A DNA stretch of 55,608 bases from positions 1 to 55,608 of the forward strand of contig CANNTX010000001.1 in NCBI GenBank assembly GCA_947522695.1. Direction: 5' to 3'. The notes below the pieces were generated by a model. The model saw nothing but the letters and a program-made list of their open reading frames with translations, was not told the origin of the DNA and ran no database searches. The stretch comes from an uncultured Bacilli bacterium. Its GTDB lineage: Bacteria > Bacillota_I > Bacilli_A > RF39 > UBA660. The position numbers and the translations under genes are program-made. Below are positions 9,642 to 18,818 of the stretch, one piece after another; position 1 is the first letter of the stretch, and each line of letters opens with the position of its first letter.

Positions 9642-10127
9642 ATGAAAAAGAAAAAATTAAAATCTATTAATTATGAAAGTAATGATACTAAGGAAATTAA
9701 AAGTTTAATAATTATAACTATTATAGTTATTGCTATTGCTGTGGGATTGTTTTTCTTAACTAATTATTTAAATAATAAGAAGACAAGTAGTAATACGAAA
9801 ATAGATTATGATACTTGTATAGTAGGAAACATGTTTAATAGACCATATAATGAATATTATGTATTCTTATATAGTAGTACTGATAAAAATGCTTCTACAT
9901 ATAAAGGGTTAATTACTTCATATAAAGATAAAGATGATGCTTTAAAAGTTTATTATGTTGATATGAATGATAAGTTTAATAGTGCTTATTTAAGTGAAAC
10001 AAGTAATAAGAAACCTAGTGAATCATCTGAAGTTAAAATTAATGAATCTGCTTTAATATTAATTAAAGATGGTAAAGTAGAAAAGTATTATGAGTCTTTA
10101 GAAGATTATAAGACAGCTTTAAAATAA
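9642..10127 (+). CDS. hypothetical membrane-anchored protein
   Basis: AAGGTGGG RBS; N-terminal TM LIIITIIVIAIAVGLFFL; soluble C-terminal domain not recognised. Confidence 0.65.
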   Translation: MKKKKLKSINYESNDTKEIKSLIIITIIVIAIAVGLFFLTNYLNNKKTSSNTKIDYDTCIVGNMFNRPYNEYYVFLYSSTDKNASTYKGLITSYKDKDDALKVYYVDMNDKFNSAYLSETSNKKPSESSEVKINESALILIKDGKVEKYYESLEDYKTALK

Positions 10128-10158
10128 AAACTTAGTGTAAAATTGCTAAGTTTTTTTA
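10126..10158 (+). terminator. rho-independent terminator
   Basis: AAACTTAG-(loop)-CTAAGTTT hairpin followed by a T-run, immediately after the stop. Confidence 0.6.
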
Positions 10159-10209
10159 TTTGTTTTTATTAAAAATGTGATATTATGTTATTGTATAGGA
10201 TATGATGAT

Positions 10210-11394
10210 ATGAAAGATTATTTAAAGAAAACAAAATTTGAATTATGGGAAGTTATAGCTATTACATTGTTTTCATCTCTTGTGATGAGTTTTTGTACTG
10301 GTTATTTAGTTTATAGAAGTTCATGTGGAAAAGTAACCTCAGTTAATGGTGATGAGTATTTAGCTGAATTATACAAGGCATATGATGAAATTAAATCAAA
10401 TTATTATAGTAGTGTTGATTTAGGCAGTTTAGTTGATGCGGGAATAAAGGGAATGTTTAGTTATTTAGGAGATCCTTATACAACTTATTTAGATAAAGAT
10501 CAAACAGATAATTTAACTGATTCTTTAAAGGGAACTCAACATGGAATAGGCGTACTTATAAATTTAAGTGATGAGGAAAAAAAGATTATAATTTCTAGAG
10601 TTTATGATAATACACCGGCTATGGAGGCTGGATTGGTTAGTGGAGATGAAATAGTTAAAGTTAATGATAAGCTTGTTAGTGAGGCTGAAAATTTGAAAGA
10701 TATTACTGCTTTAATTAAGAGTAGTGACGAAGTAAAATTAGTTATTCAAAGAGATGGTGTTGATAAAGAATATACTTTAAAAACAGCTGACTTTTATAAT
10801 CCTTCTGTTGAAGAAAATATTATTGAAGGAGAAAATGGTAATAAGATTGGATATTTACAAATTTCTAAGTTTAATGAGACAGCTTATGAACAATTTAATC
10901 AGAAATTAAATAAAATTGAAGCAACTGGAATTAATAGTTTAATTATAGATTTAAGAGGTAATACGGGAGGTTTTCTATCTGCTGCAACTAAGATAAGTGA
11001 ATTATTCTTAAAAAAAGGTGAAGTAATTTATTCACTTAATGAGCAATTAGGTACTAAAGTTACATACGATGAAACAGAAGAATCTAGAAATTATAAAGTA
11101 TTTGTTTTAGTTAATGAAAGTTCTGCTTCGGCTTCTGAGATTCTTGCGGCTGCGTTACAAGATAGTTATGGTGCTCTATTAGTTGGAACTACAACATATG
11201 GCAAAGGTAAAGTTCAAAAAACAAATAAAATGAATGATGGAACTATGTATAAATATACAAGTGCTAAATGGTTAACTCCAAAGGGTGAATGTATTGATGG
11301 AGTTGGATTAAAACCTGATATAGAAATATCAAATGGGAATGAATTATTAAAAGATTTAGTACTTGAAAAAGCCATAGAAGAGATACAAAAGTAG
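10210..11394 (+). CDS. ctpA: S41 family C-terminal processing peptidase with PDZ domain
   Basis: PDZ region (GIGVLI...VYDNTPAMEAGLVSGDEIVKVND); S41 motifs IIDLRGNTGG, SASASEILAAALQD, GTTTYGKGKVQ. The track start is GTG 10177, but ATG 10210 (MKDYLKK) is more plausible. Confidence 0.9.
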   Translation: MKDYLKKTKFELWEVIAITLFSSLVMSFCTGYLVYRSSCGKVTSVNGDEYLAELYKAYDEIKSNYYSSVDLGSLVDAGIKGMFSYLGDPYTTYLDKDQTDNLTDSLKGTQHGIGVLINLSDEEKKIIISRVYDNTPAMEAGLVSGDEIVKVNDKLVSEAENLKDITALIKSSDEVKLVIQRDGVDKEYTLKTADFYNPSVEENIIEGENGNKIGYLQISKFNETAYEQFNQKLNKIEATGINSLIIDLRGNTGGFLSAATKISELFLKKGEVIYSLNEQLGTKVTYDETEESRNYKVFVLVNESSASASEILAAALQDSYGALLVGTTTYGKGKVQKTNKMNDGTMYKYTSAKWLTPKGECIDGVGLKPDIEISNGNELLKDLVLEKAIEEIQK

Positions 11395-11508
11395 AGGAAT
11401 GCATTTAATGTATTCTTTTATTTTACGTAAATATTAAAATTTATGAAGAAGAATATTTTAAAATAAAAAACTTAGTGATATAATAACAAGCAAGACAAGG
11501 GTGGTTAT

Positions 11509-12255
11509 ATGAATACATTAACTTTTAAAGATTATAATTTGAAATTAGAATTAGTTCCATTTACCAATATAATTGGTGGCATTGCCTCAGGTAAAACATA
11601 TTTACTTAAAACATTAATTAATCAGAGTGATAGTAGTTCAGTATTTATTGATGATAAAAATATAAATGAATATGATATTAATTTTTTAAGAAAAAATATA
11701 ACAGCAGTACTTAATAATTTTATATTCAATACAAGTAAAGTTAAAAGTGAACTTGAATATTATCAAAAATGTTTAAATTATGATAGTAAAACAATAGAGA
11801 GCAATATTAAAAAGTTTGTTACATTTTTTAAATTAAATAATATCATTGATAAAGAAATCGGGCAAATTACTAGAAGTGAAAAAGCTTTTATTAAAATATT
11901 ATCATTGTTAATTATTAATCCAAGAATTATTGGGATTGATGATATGCTTACTTATTTAGATAATAAGGATAAATTAAAGATCGTTAAATATGGAAAAGAA
12001 AACAAGATTTCAATACTTAATGTTACAAGTAATAGTGAAGAGTTGTTATTAGGAACTAAAATAGTTGTACTTGATAATTTTCACTCAGTTATGTATGAAG
12101 ACACTTTAGAAGTTTTATCTAATGACAAAATTTTAAGTAAAATTGGAATGAATATGCCTTTTATTGCGGAATTATCAAATAACTTAAATTATTATGATTT
12201 ATTAAAAGAAAAGTATTTTGATATTAATTCTTTAGTTGGTGAATTATGGAAGTAA
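11509..12255 (+). CDS. EcfA-like ABC ATPase homolog with degenerate catalytic motifs
   Basis: Walker A is retained (GGIASGKT). The signature LSGGQ is replaced by ITRSEK, Walker B reads IIGIDDM (no catalytic Glu), and the H-loop position reads NVTSNS. Its position upstream of truA matches ecfA synteny. Confidence 0.65.
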   Translation: MNTLTFKDYNLKLELVPFTNIIGGIASGKTYLLKTLINQSDSSSVFIDDKNINEYDINFLRKNITAVLNNFIFNTSKVKSELEYYQKCLNYDSKTIESNIKKFVTFFKLNNIIDKEIGQITRSEKAFIKILSLLIINPRIIGIDDMLTYLDNKDKLKIVKYGKENKISILNVTSNSEELLLGTKIVVLDNFHSVMYEDTLEVLSNDKILSKIGMNMPFIAELSNNLNYYDLLKEKYFDINSLVGELWK

Positions 12256-12863
12256 TGTATTCTAATCAACCTAATAACGGATACTTTGCAGTTAAGCAAT
12301 TAGTTGGATTTTATGGTGAGATAGACGATTTAAGTATTCTAATTGATAATATTAAAATAGATGAGATAAATGTTAAATATAAAGTAAAAAAATATTTAGA
12401 ATATAATAATGATTATTTTGAAATATTAGGATTAGATAAAGAATTTTTAAATAAAAAAATAAGTGATTTATCTTATTCTGAATATAAAATTTTGTTATTA
12501 TTAGATATTGTTAGTAAAAATCCTAAATTAATGATTTTAAATTATTTTGATGTTGGATTTAATAGTAAGTATAAGAGAAAAATTATTAAACTTATTAAGT
12601 TTATTAAAGCTTCTTTGAATATTAATTTTATTGTAATTAGTAATGATGTTAATTTTATGAATAAATTAGTTAAACATGTTATTGTTTGTAAAAATAAAAT
12701 TATTAAATATCAAGGAAGTATTATTAACGCAATTAAAGAGGAATATATTGAAGAACCTCCAATTTATAATTTTGTAAGATTAGCAAATGAGAAAGGAGCT
12801 AATTTGGAATACACTTTAGATGGAAAAGATTTATTAAAGGATATTTATAGGAGTGTTTTTTAA
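12246..12863 (+). CDS. second EcfA'-like ABC ATPase homolog, N-terminally shortened (no Walker A) and degenerate
   Basis: Signature position reads LSYSEY, Walker B position LMILNYFD, H-loop position VISNDV. I found no GxxGxGKS/T. It overlaps the preceding gene by 10 nt. Confidence 0.55.
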   Translation: MEVMYSNQPNNGYFAVKQLVGFYGEIDDLSILIDNIKIDEINVKYKVKKYLEYNNDYFEILGLDKEFLNKKISDLSYSEYKILLLLDIVSKNPKLMILNYFDVGFNSKYKRKIIKLIKFIKASLNINFIVISNDVNFMNKLVKHVIVCKNKIIKYQGSIINAIKEEYIEEPPIYNFVRLANEKGANLEYTLDGKDLLKDIYRSVF

Positions 12864-13585
12864 TGAAATATTTTGCAAGTGTAAGTTATGATGGATCTAA
12901 ATTCTATGGATTTCAAAGATTGGAAGATTATGATACTGTTCAAAAAGAATTGGAAAGAGCACTAAGTATTATAAATAAAAACTTTGTTGTTGTTAAAGGT
13001 GCTGGTAGAACTGATAGAGGTGTTCATGCTTATAGTCAAGGAGTTTGCTTTGAACTAAATGGAAGTGTTCCAACTGAAAAATTAAAGGATGTTATAAATA
13101 GAGTATTAAATAATTATGTTCATATAAATTATGTTGAAGAAGTAAGTGATGATTTTCATCCTAGATTTGATGCTAAAATGAAGAAATACGAATATGTTAT
13201 TAATTTAGGTGAGTTTGATCCGATAATTAATGATTATGTTTATAATTATAATAATAAATTAAATATAAAAAAGATGAGAAGTGCTAGTAAATCATTTATT
13301 GGTTTTCATTCTTTTAAAGCTTTTACTTCTGGTGATAGAGAAAACTATAATAGTGTTATATATAAGATTAAATTTAAGAGAAAAGGTGATTTTTTAACTA
13401 TTACATTTGTAGGAAAGAGTTTTTACAGATATATGGTTAGAAATATGGTTGGTGCTTTGATACAAGCTGGTAATGATAAACTTGATAATGATGATATAAT
13501 GATGATGTTAGACAAGGAGAAAGTAAATTGTAAGTATAATACAGCACCTGCTTGTGGATTGTATTTAGTTAATGTTTACTATTAA
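12863..13585 (+). CDS. truA: tRNA pseudouridine(38-40) synthase TruA
   Basis: YDGSKFYGFQR and GAGRTDRGVHA catalytic motif; length ~240 aa. Confidence 0.95.
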   Translation: MKYFASVSYDGSKFYGFQRLEDYDTVQKELERALSIINKNFVVVKGAGRTDRGVHAYSQGVCFELNGSVPTEKLKDVINRVLNNYVHINYVEEVSDDFHPRFDAKMKKYEYVINLGEFDPIINDYVYNYNNKLNIKKMRSASKSFIGFHSFKAFTSGDRENYNSVIYKIKFKRKGDFLTITFVGKSFYRYMVRNMVGALIQAGNDKLDNDDIMMMLDKEKVNCKYNTAPACGLYLVNVYY

Positions 13586-13593
13586 ATTAGGGT

Positions 13594-14478
13594 ATGAATG
13601 AATTAGATTTAATGGATAGTAGTAAAAATGATTATCAGTTGGTTACAGAACTAAGTAAAATTGTTAGAAGTTATAAAGATAAAAATAAACCAGTTGATAA
13701 AGATTTTGTTTATAAAGTTGCAAATGTGTGTTTAATTAATAATGAAGTAGATTTAAAAAATGGTTTGATAATTGTTGGTAACTCTAAAGAAATTGAAAAT
13801 GATTATGAATCTTGTTATGGTGATGATATGATTACATATTCACAATTGTCTTTGAGAAATTTTTATAAACGGATAGATAATTTTGGAAGTGCATATAATT
13901 TTGGCAATCATAATATGCTTTCTTATTATTCTGTAATATGCACTTTAATTCATGAAATATCTCATGCTAGACAGGATTATATTGCAAACAATTATCCTTA
14001 TTCATTTGCTGGAATGATTTATTCCTATTGTAGTAATGTTTTTGAAAGTGAGCCACTTTTTTATGATATATACTATGATTGTTTTCCAGAAGAAAGAAAT
14101 GCATTTCTAAGAGGAAATTATATTGCTAATATGGTAATTAAGCATGTTTATGGCTATAAATTATCACTTTTTTTCAAGGAATTATTTTTTGAAGAATTAC
14201 TTATTAATTATGACTATGATATGTATCCATTGAAAAGATTTGGTGATGCTTGTAAACAGTTTGGATATGACTATTTTGATAGATTAATTCCTGATGTTGA
14301 ACTAACTCATGAAAATTTTTTTGAACGTGTTTGGTGTGGTTATAAGGTAACTGAAGATGAATTTAATCACTTGATTGATTTATGTATTAGTATATCTTAT
14401 CCGAATAATGATGAAGTAAAAGAATATTTAAAAAAATCTTCGATAAAAAGATTAATTTTAGATTATAAAAAGAAATAA
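13594..14478 (+). CDS. hypothetical cytoplasmic protein with an HExxH motif
   Basis: TLIHEISHARQDY (nt 13951-13965); no TM or signal peptide; starts 8 nt after truA. Confidence 0.6.
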   Translation: MNELDLMDSSKNDYQLVTELSKIVRSYKDKNKPVDKDFVYKVANVCLINNEVDLKNGLIIVGNSKEIENDYESCYGDDMITYSQLSLRNFYKRIDNFGSAYNFGNHNMLSYYSVICTLIHEISHARQDYIANNYPYSFAGMIYSYCSNVFESEPLFYDIYYDCFPEERNAFLRGNYIANMVIKHVYGYKLSLFFKELFFEELLINYDYDMYPLKRFGDACKQFGYDYFDRLIPDVELTHENFFERVWCGYKVTEDEFNHLIDLCISISYPNNDEVKEYLKKSSIKRLILDYKKK

Positions 14479-14625
14479 AATTATATTTTATAATATTGAA
14501 GAAGATTTATTAGAATAATTATTTTGTTTGTTAGATCTATTATTTCTGATATTATTTTTTAAATAGGTTTATAATATAAATAGACAATAAATTAATATTT
14601 TGATATTATTTAGGTGTGATGTAGA

Positions 14626-15660
14626 ATGAATATATTAATTAATGGACATAATATTTATTTAATTTTATTAGTAACTTTTATATGTTGTGTTTTATTAGTG
14701 CCTCTTGCTAAAGTTGTAGCAAAACATATTGGAGCAATAGATATACCTAATGAGAGAAAGGTACATAAAAAACCGATGCCTAGATTGGGTGGATTAGCAA
14801 TATATTTAACATTTTTAATTGGTTATATGTTATTTGCACCTATTAACGAACAGATGATTTCAATTCTTATTGGAGGATTTATAATTATTATTCTTGGAAT
14901 ATGTGATGATATTAAACCAATTAGAGCAAGATATAAATTTTTAGTTCAGATAGTAGCTGCTTCTATTGTTGTATTTTATGGTAATATTTATTTACCTAAT
15001 ATAAGTGCTTTAGGATTATCTATTGAATTTGGTAAATTTGGTTATCCGTTAGCAATATTTTTTATTATTTCTATAATTAATGCGATAAATTTAATTGATG
15101 GTTTAGACGGACTTGCTAGTGGTACGAGTGCAATATTTTTTGCAACAATTACTATTATTGCTGTTTTACTTGATAGGTTATATGGGCTTGATGTAGTTTT
15201 ATGTGTTATTATGCTCGGCAGTACTTTAGGATTTTTAGTTTATAATAAACCGCCAGCTTCAATATTTTTAGGTGATACTGGAAGTACATTCTTAGGCTTT
15301 ATTATTGCGATTATAGCTTTGCTAGGATATAAAACTGCGACATTTACTAGTTTAATTATTCCAATATTTATTTTATTTTTACCGATACTTGACACTGTGT
15401 TTGCAATGATTAGACGCTATTTAAAGGGAGAAAATATAGGTGAGCCTGATAAGGAACATTTACATCATCAATTGCTTAAACTTAATAATAGTACTACTAA
15501 GACAGTATTAATTATGTATGGAATTGATATTCTATGTTCTGTAATAAGTGTATTATATGCTTTAGGGTATAATTTAATTGCAATTGTTTTATATTTAATT
15601 TTATTTGTATTTATATTATTTTTGATATATAAAACTGATATATTATTTAAACATAAATAG
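14626..15660 (+). CDS. tagO: glycosyltransferase family 4 polyprenyl-phosphate HexNAc-1-phosphate transferase (TagO/WecA type)
   Basis: PNERKVHKKPMPRLGGLAIY, DDIKPI, INAINLIDGLDGLA, FLGDTGS; ~10 TM segments. Confidence 0.9.
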   Translation: MNILINGHNIYLILLVTFICCVLLVPLAKVVAKHIGAIDIPNERKVHKKPMPRLGGLAIYLTFLIGYMLFAPINEQMISILIGGFIIIILGICDDIKPIRARYKFLVQIVAASIVVFYGNIYLPNISALGLSIEFGKFGYPLAIFFIISIINAINLIDGLDGLASGTSAIFFATITIIAVLLDRLYGLDVVLCVIMLGSTLGFLVYNKPPASIFLGDTGSTFLGFIIAIIALLGYKTATFTSLIIPIFILFLPILDTVFAMIRRYLKGENIGEPDKEHLHHQLLKLNNSTTKTVLIMYGIDILCSVISVLYALGYNLIAIVLYLILFVFILFLIYKTDILFKHK

Positions 15661-15718
15661 AATTTTTATTTATGTTTTTTTGATTATTTGATAAAATTTT
15701 TTTAGAAAGAGATTTTTT

Positions 15719-17818
15719 ATGAAGAAATTAATTAATAAAGAAAAATTAGGATATGTATTTTTAGTTTTTATGTGTTTGTCTTGTTTACTTGATTTACATA
15801 TTTTTTATAATAGATTTGCCACTTTAATAAGATTATTTTTTATTTTAATATTTTTTGGTATATCATTTATTAAATTTAGTAGTAAAAAAGATAGATTTAA
15901 ATTAATTGTTTATTTACTATTTGTACTTTTATATACTATTTTGCATTTGATATTTGTAGATAATTATTTAATGGAAGAATTATTATATATATTTAAAATG
16001 ACTTCTAATGTTTTACTTTTTTATAGTGTGTATTCGATGAATATAGATTATAAAAAATCTATTAAGTTTATTAAAATTATTCTTTGGTTTATATGTGGTT
16101 CAATAGTGTTATGTAACTTTTTAAAATTAGGTTATTCTTCTTATAATTTTAACTATTTAAAATATAATATATTTGATTGGTTTAAAAATATAAATGGATA
16201 TTTTGAAGATTTTTCTGGCAAAGGTTTCTTTCATTTAGCTAATCAAATAGTTGGAGTTGTTCTTTTATTCTATCCAATGCTTATTAATGAAGTTAAGGAA
16301 AATAAAAAAGTAATGGATATAGTTCTTCTTAATGTATGTAGTTTAAGTATGTTAATGATAGGAAATAGAACATCAAGTGCTGGTCCATTAATAATATTAA
16401 TATTTAGTTTTGTAATTTATTTGTTTCTTGTTACTATAAAAAGGGAGAAATTATCTATTAAGTATATTTTAATTTTGGTATTTAGTATGATTTTTATAAA
16501 TGTATTTTTATATAATGCGCCTATTGTTAAAAGAGATAAATATTATAACGATTTAGATAATAGTGTTGCTGATGTTAATAAAGAAGATTATATTATAACA
16601 ACTAGAGATATCCTTTTAGATAAAAATTTAAATATAAATTTTATTGATAATTATTATCCTTATGATCAAGATCAAGAATTTTGGGATAATTTAGTTAATT
16701 CAAATATTGATTTTAAAGATTCAAGATTAATTGAATTAAAGATTGCTCAAAGATTAGTTGAGTTAAGTGATAACAAATTATATAAATTTGTTGGTATAGG
16801 TTACTATAAAATTATTAGTGTTTGTAATATTGAAAGAGATTATGTAATGCAGTATTATAGTGTTGGTATTTTGGGATTAGTAATCTTTATTGGATTTTAT
16901 TTTATTATCTATATTAAAATGTTATTTAAAGTATTTATTAATTTAGATAAGAAATTTAATTATTTAAATATTATGCTTTTAAGTGGCATAGGTATTAATT
17001 TAATTGTTGCTTATTTAAGTGGGAATATTCTTAATGCTTTAAGTTCGACTATACCATTAACGATTTGTTTAGGTATTGCTTATAATGAAATTAGAGTTGA
17101 AAGATCATGTAAAGTACTTAATTATAACATCTGTAAATTAAATAGAGATGAAATTATTAATGAATTAAATAATAGTGACAATAGAAATATTTTATTTAAT
17201 ATGAATCCGATAATTATGGTAAATTTTAATGATAATAAAGAATATAAAAAATTTATTAATAAGGAAAGGTATAATATTCCTGATGGTTTTGGTACTATCG
17301 TTGGATTAAAATTTAAAGATAATAAGGGGTATAGTCAAATAACTGGTGTTGATATGTTTAATTCTTTGGTAGATAATGCATTTAAATATGGTAAGAAAAT
17401 TTATTTATATGGTGCTAAAAAAGAAGTTATTGAAAAGACTGTTAAAGTATTAAAAGAAAAGTATATTAATTTAAATATATGTGGGTATATGAGTGGATAT
17501 AGTAAAGAAAAAGATTTATTAAATGATATTAAAAAATGTAAACCAGATTATTTATTTGTTGGTATAGGATCACCTAAACAAGAAGAATTTATTATTAGAA
17601 ATGAAAAGTTGTTTAGAAATATAAGTGTTATTATGCCTGTTGGTGGTACATTTGATGTTGTATCTGGATTAAAGAAAAGAGCACCGATTATTTATCAAAA
17701 ACTACATTTAGAATGGTTATATAGAATGATTAAAGAACCTAAAAGAATTAAAGATAATGTTAAGATATTAAAATATTTATATTTGGTAATATTTAAAAAT
17801 CGAGGTAAAGATGATTAA
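15719..17818 (+). CDS. fusion protein: N-terminal polytopic O-antigen-ligase/Wzy-like membrane domain plus C-terminal WecB/TagA/CpsF (GT26) glycosyltransferase
   Basis: About 460 aa of multi-TM sequence, followed by the GT26 motifs IPDGFGTIVG, IYLYGAKKEV, FVGIGSPKQEEFI, MPVGGTFDVVSG, LEWLYRMIKEPKR. Confidence 0.8.
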   Translation: MKKLINKEKLGYVFLVFMCLSCLLDLHIFYNRFATLIRLFFILIFFGISFIKFSSKKDRFKLIVYLLFVLLYTILHLIFVDNYLMEELLYIFKMTSNVLLFYSVYSMNIDYKKSIKFIKIILWFICGSIVLCNFLKLGYSSYNFNYLKYNIFDWFKNINGYFEDFSGKGFFHLANQIVGVVLLFYPMLINEVKENKKVMDIVLLNVCSLSMLMIGNRTSSAGPLIILIFSFVIYLFLVTIKREKLSIKYILILVFSMIFINVFLYNAPIVKRDKYYNDLDNSVADVNKEDYIITTRDILLDKNLNINFIDNYYPYDQDQEFWDNLVNSNIDFKDSRLIELKIAQRLVELSDNKLYKFVGIGYYKIISVCNIERDYVMQYYSVGILGLVIFIGFYFIIYIKMLFKVFINLDKKFNYLNIMLLSGIGINLIVAYLSGNILNALSSTIPLTICLGIAYNEIRVERSCKVLNYNICKLNRDEIINELNNSDNRNILFNMNPIIMVNFNDNKEYKKFINKERYNIPDGFGTIVGLKFKDNKGYSQITGVDMFNSLVDNAFKYGKKIYLYGAKKEVIEKTVKVLKEKYINLNICGYMSGYSKEKDLLNDIKKCKPDYLFVGIGSPKQEEFIIRNEKLFRNISVIMPVGGTFDVVSGLKKRAPIIYQKLHLEWLYRMIKEPKRIKDNVKILKYLYLVIFKNRGKDD

Positions 17819-18327
17819 ATGTTAAGTTAAACGAATTAATTAAGGATAAAACTATTTCTAAAGATAGTAAAGTATTATTTGTTAATGATGGTTCTAAAGA
17901 TAAAACTTGGGATATTATATGTGAATTAAATAAAAAAATAAATTATTTAGTGGAATTAATTTATCAAGAAATGGAGGACACCAAAATGCGTTGGTAGCAG
18001 GGCTTATGACTGCTAAAGAAAATGTTTAATTTTGCATGGGATGTGATAATATCTTTTAGTGTTAAACAAATAAGAATGATTCTTGATTTAGGTATATTTA
18101 TTTGTATGATAAGTTTTGTAGTACTTATTTATTGTTTAATTAGAAAGATTAGCGGTGCTACTGTGGAAGGATGGACATTTATTGCTTGTTCATTATGGCT
18201 TTTAGGTGGTATTTAAATGTTTTCACTTGGTATAATTGGAGAATATGTTGGTAATGTTTATAGTGAAGCTAAAGCAATACCTAGATATATTATTCAAGAT
18301 AATTTATTAGAAAAGAGGGGAAAATAA
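17815..18327 (+). pseudogene. decayed GtrB/CsbB-like family 2 glycosyltransferase (bactoprenol glycosyltransferase type)
   Basis: Fragments lie in different frames: KVLFVNDGSKDKTWDII (frame 1), INLSRNGGHQNALVAGL (frame 0), FNFAWDVIISFS...GWTFIACSLWLLGGI*, then MFSLGIIGEYVGNVYSEAKAIPRYIIQD. The 5' end is missing, ~130 central codons are missing, and an in-frame TAA at 18214-18216 sits where the family has Gln. Confidence 0.8.
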
Positions 18328-18771
18328 TTGAGAAAAGAAATATTGGTTTTTTCGATAATTTTAATAATTTGTCTTATTGTTTCTAAGTTTGTTTTTTCTT
18401 TTGCATTTGTTCATGGGGATTCAATGAGTCCTACATTTAGTGATAAACAGTTAATTTTTATAAATAAAACTGATAGGAATTATAATGATAATGATATTAT
18501 TATTTTTAAAAAGAAGGATCGAAAATTAATAAAAAGAGTTGTTGCAGTTCCTGGTGATAAAATTGTTATTAAAGATAGTTGTCTTTATGTTAATGATAAA
18601 TATTACGAAAATATTAATATAGAATGGTTTCATTTTAATCAAAAAGATTATCAATTAAAGGATGATGAATACTTTGTTTTAGGTGATAATTTATTAAATA
18701 GTATTGATAGTAGGTATAGTGAGATTGGTTTGGTTTATATGAATGAAATAATTGGTAAAGTAATTTGTTGA
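18328..18771 (+). CDS. lepB: signal peptidase I (S26)
   Basis: GDSMSPTF (catalytic Ser box), LIKRVVAVPGD, GDNLLNSIDSR; TTG start directly after the pseudogene stop. Confidence 0.9.
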   Translation: MRKEILVFSIILIICLIVSKFVFSFAFVHGDSMSPTFSDKQLIFINKTDRNYNDNDIIIFKKKDRKLIKRVVAVPGDKIVIKDSCLYVNDKYYENINIEWFHFNQKDYQLKDDEYFVLGDNLLNSIDSRYSEIGLVYMNEIIGKVIC

Positions 18772-18818
18772 TTATTTAAATATATGTGTTAAAATTATAT
18801 TTAGTTAGAGGGTATATT

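Noticed and set aside
18022-18216. 64-aa ORF listed in the track
   Set aside because: It is not an independent gene. It is the third fragment (SFS...GW...LLGGI) of the decayed GtrB/CsbB-like pseudogene at 17815-18327.
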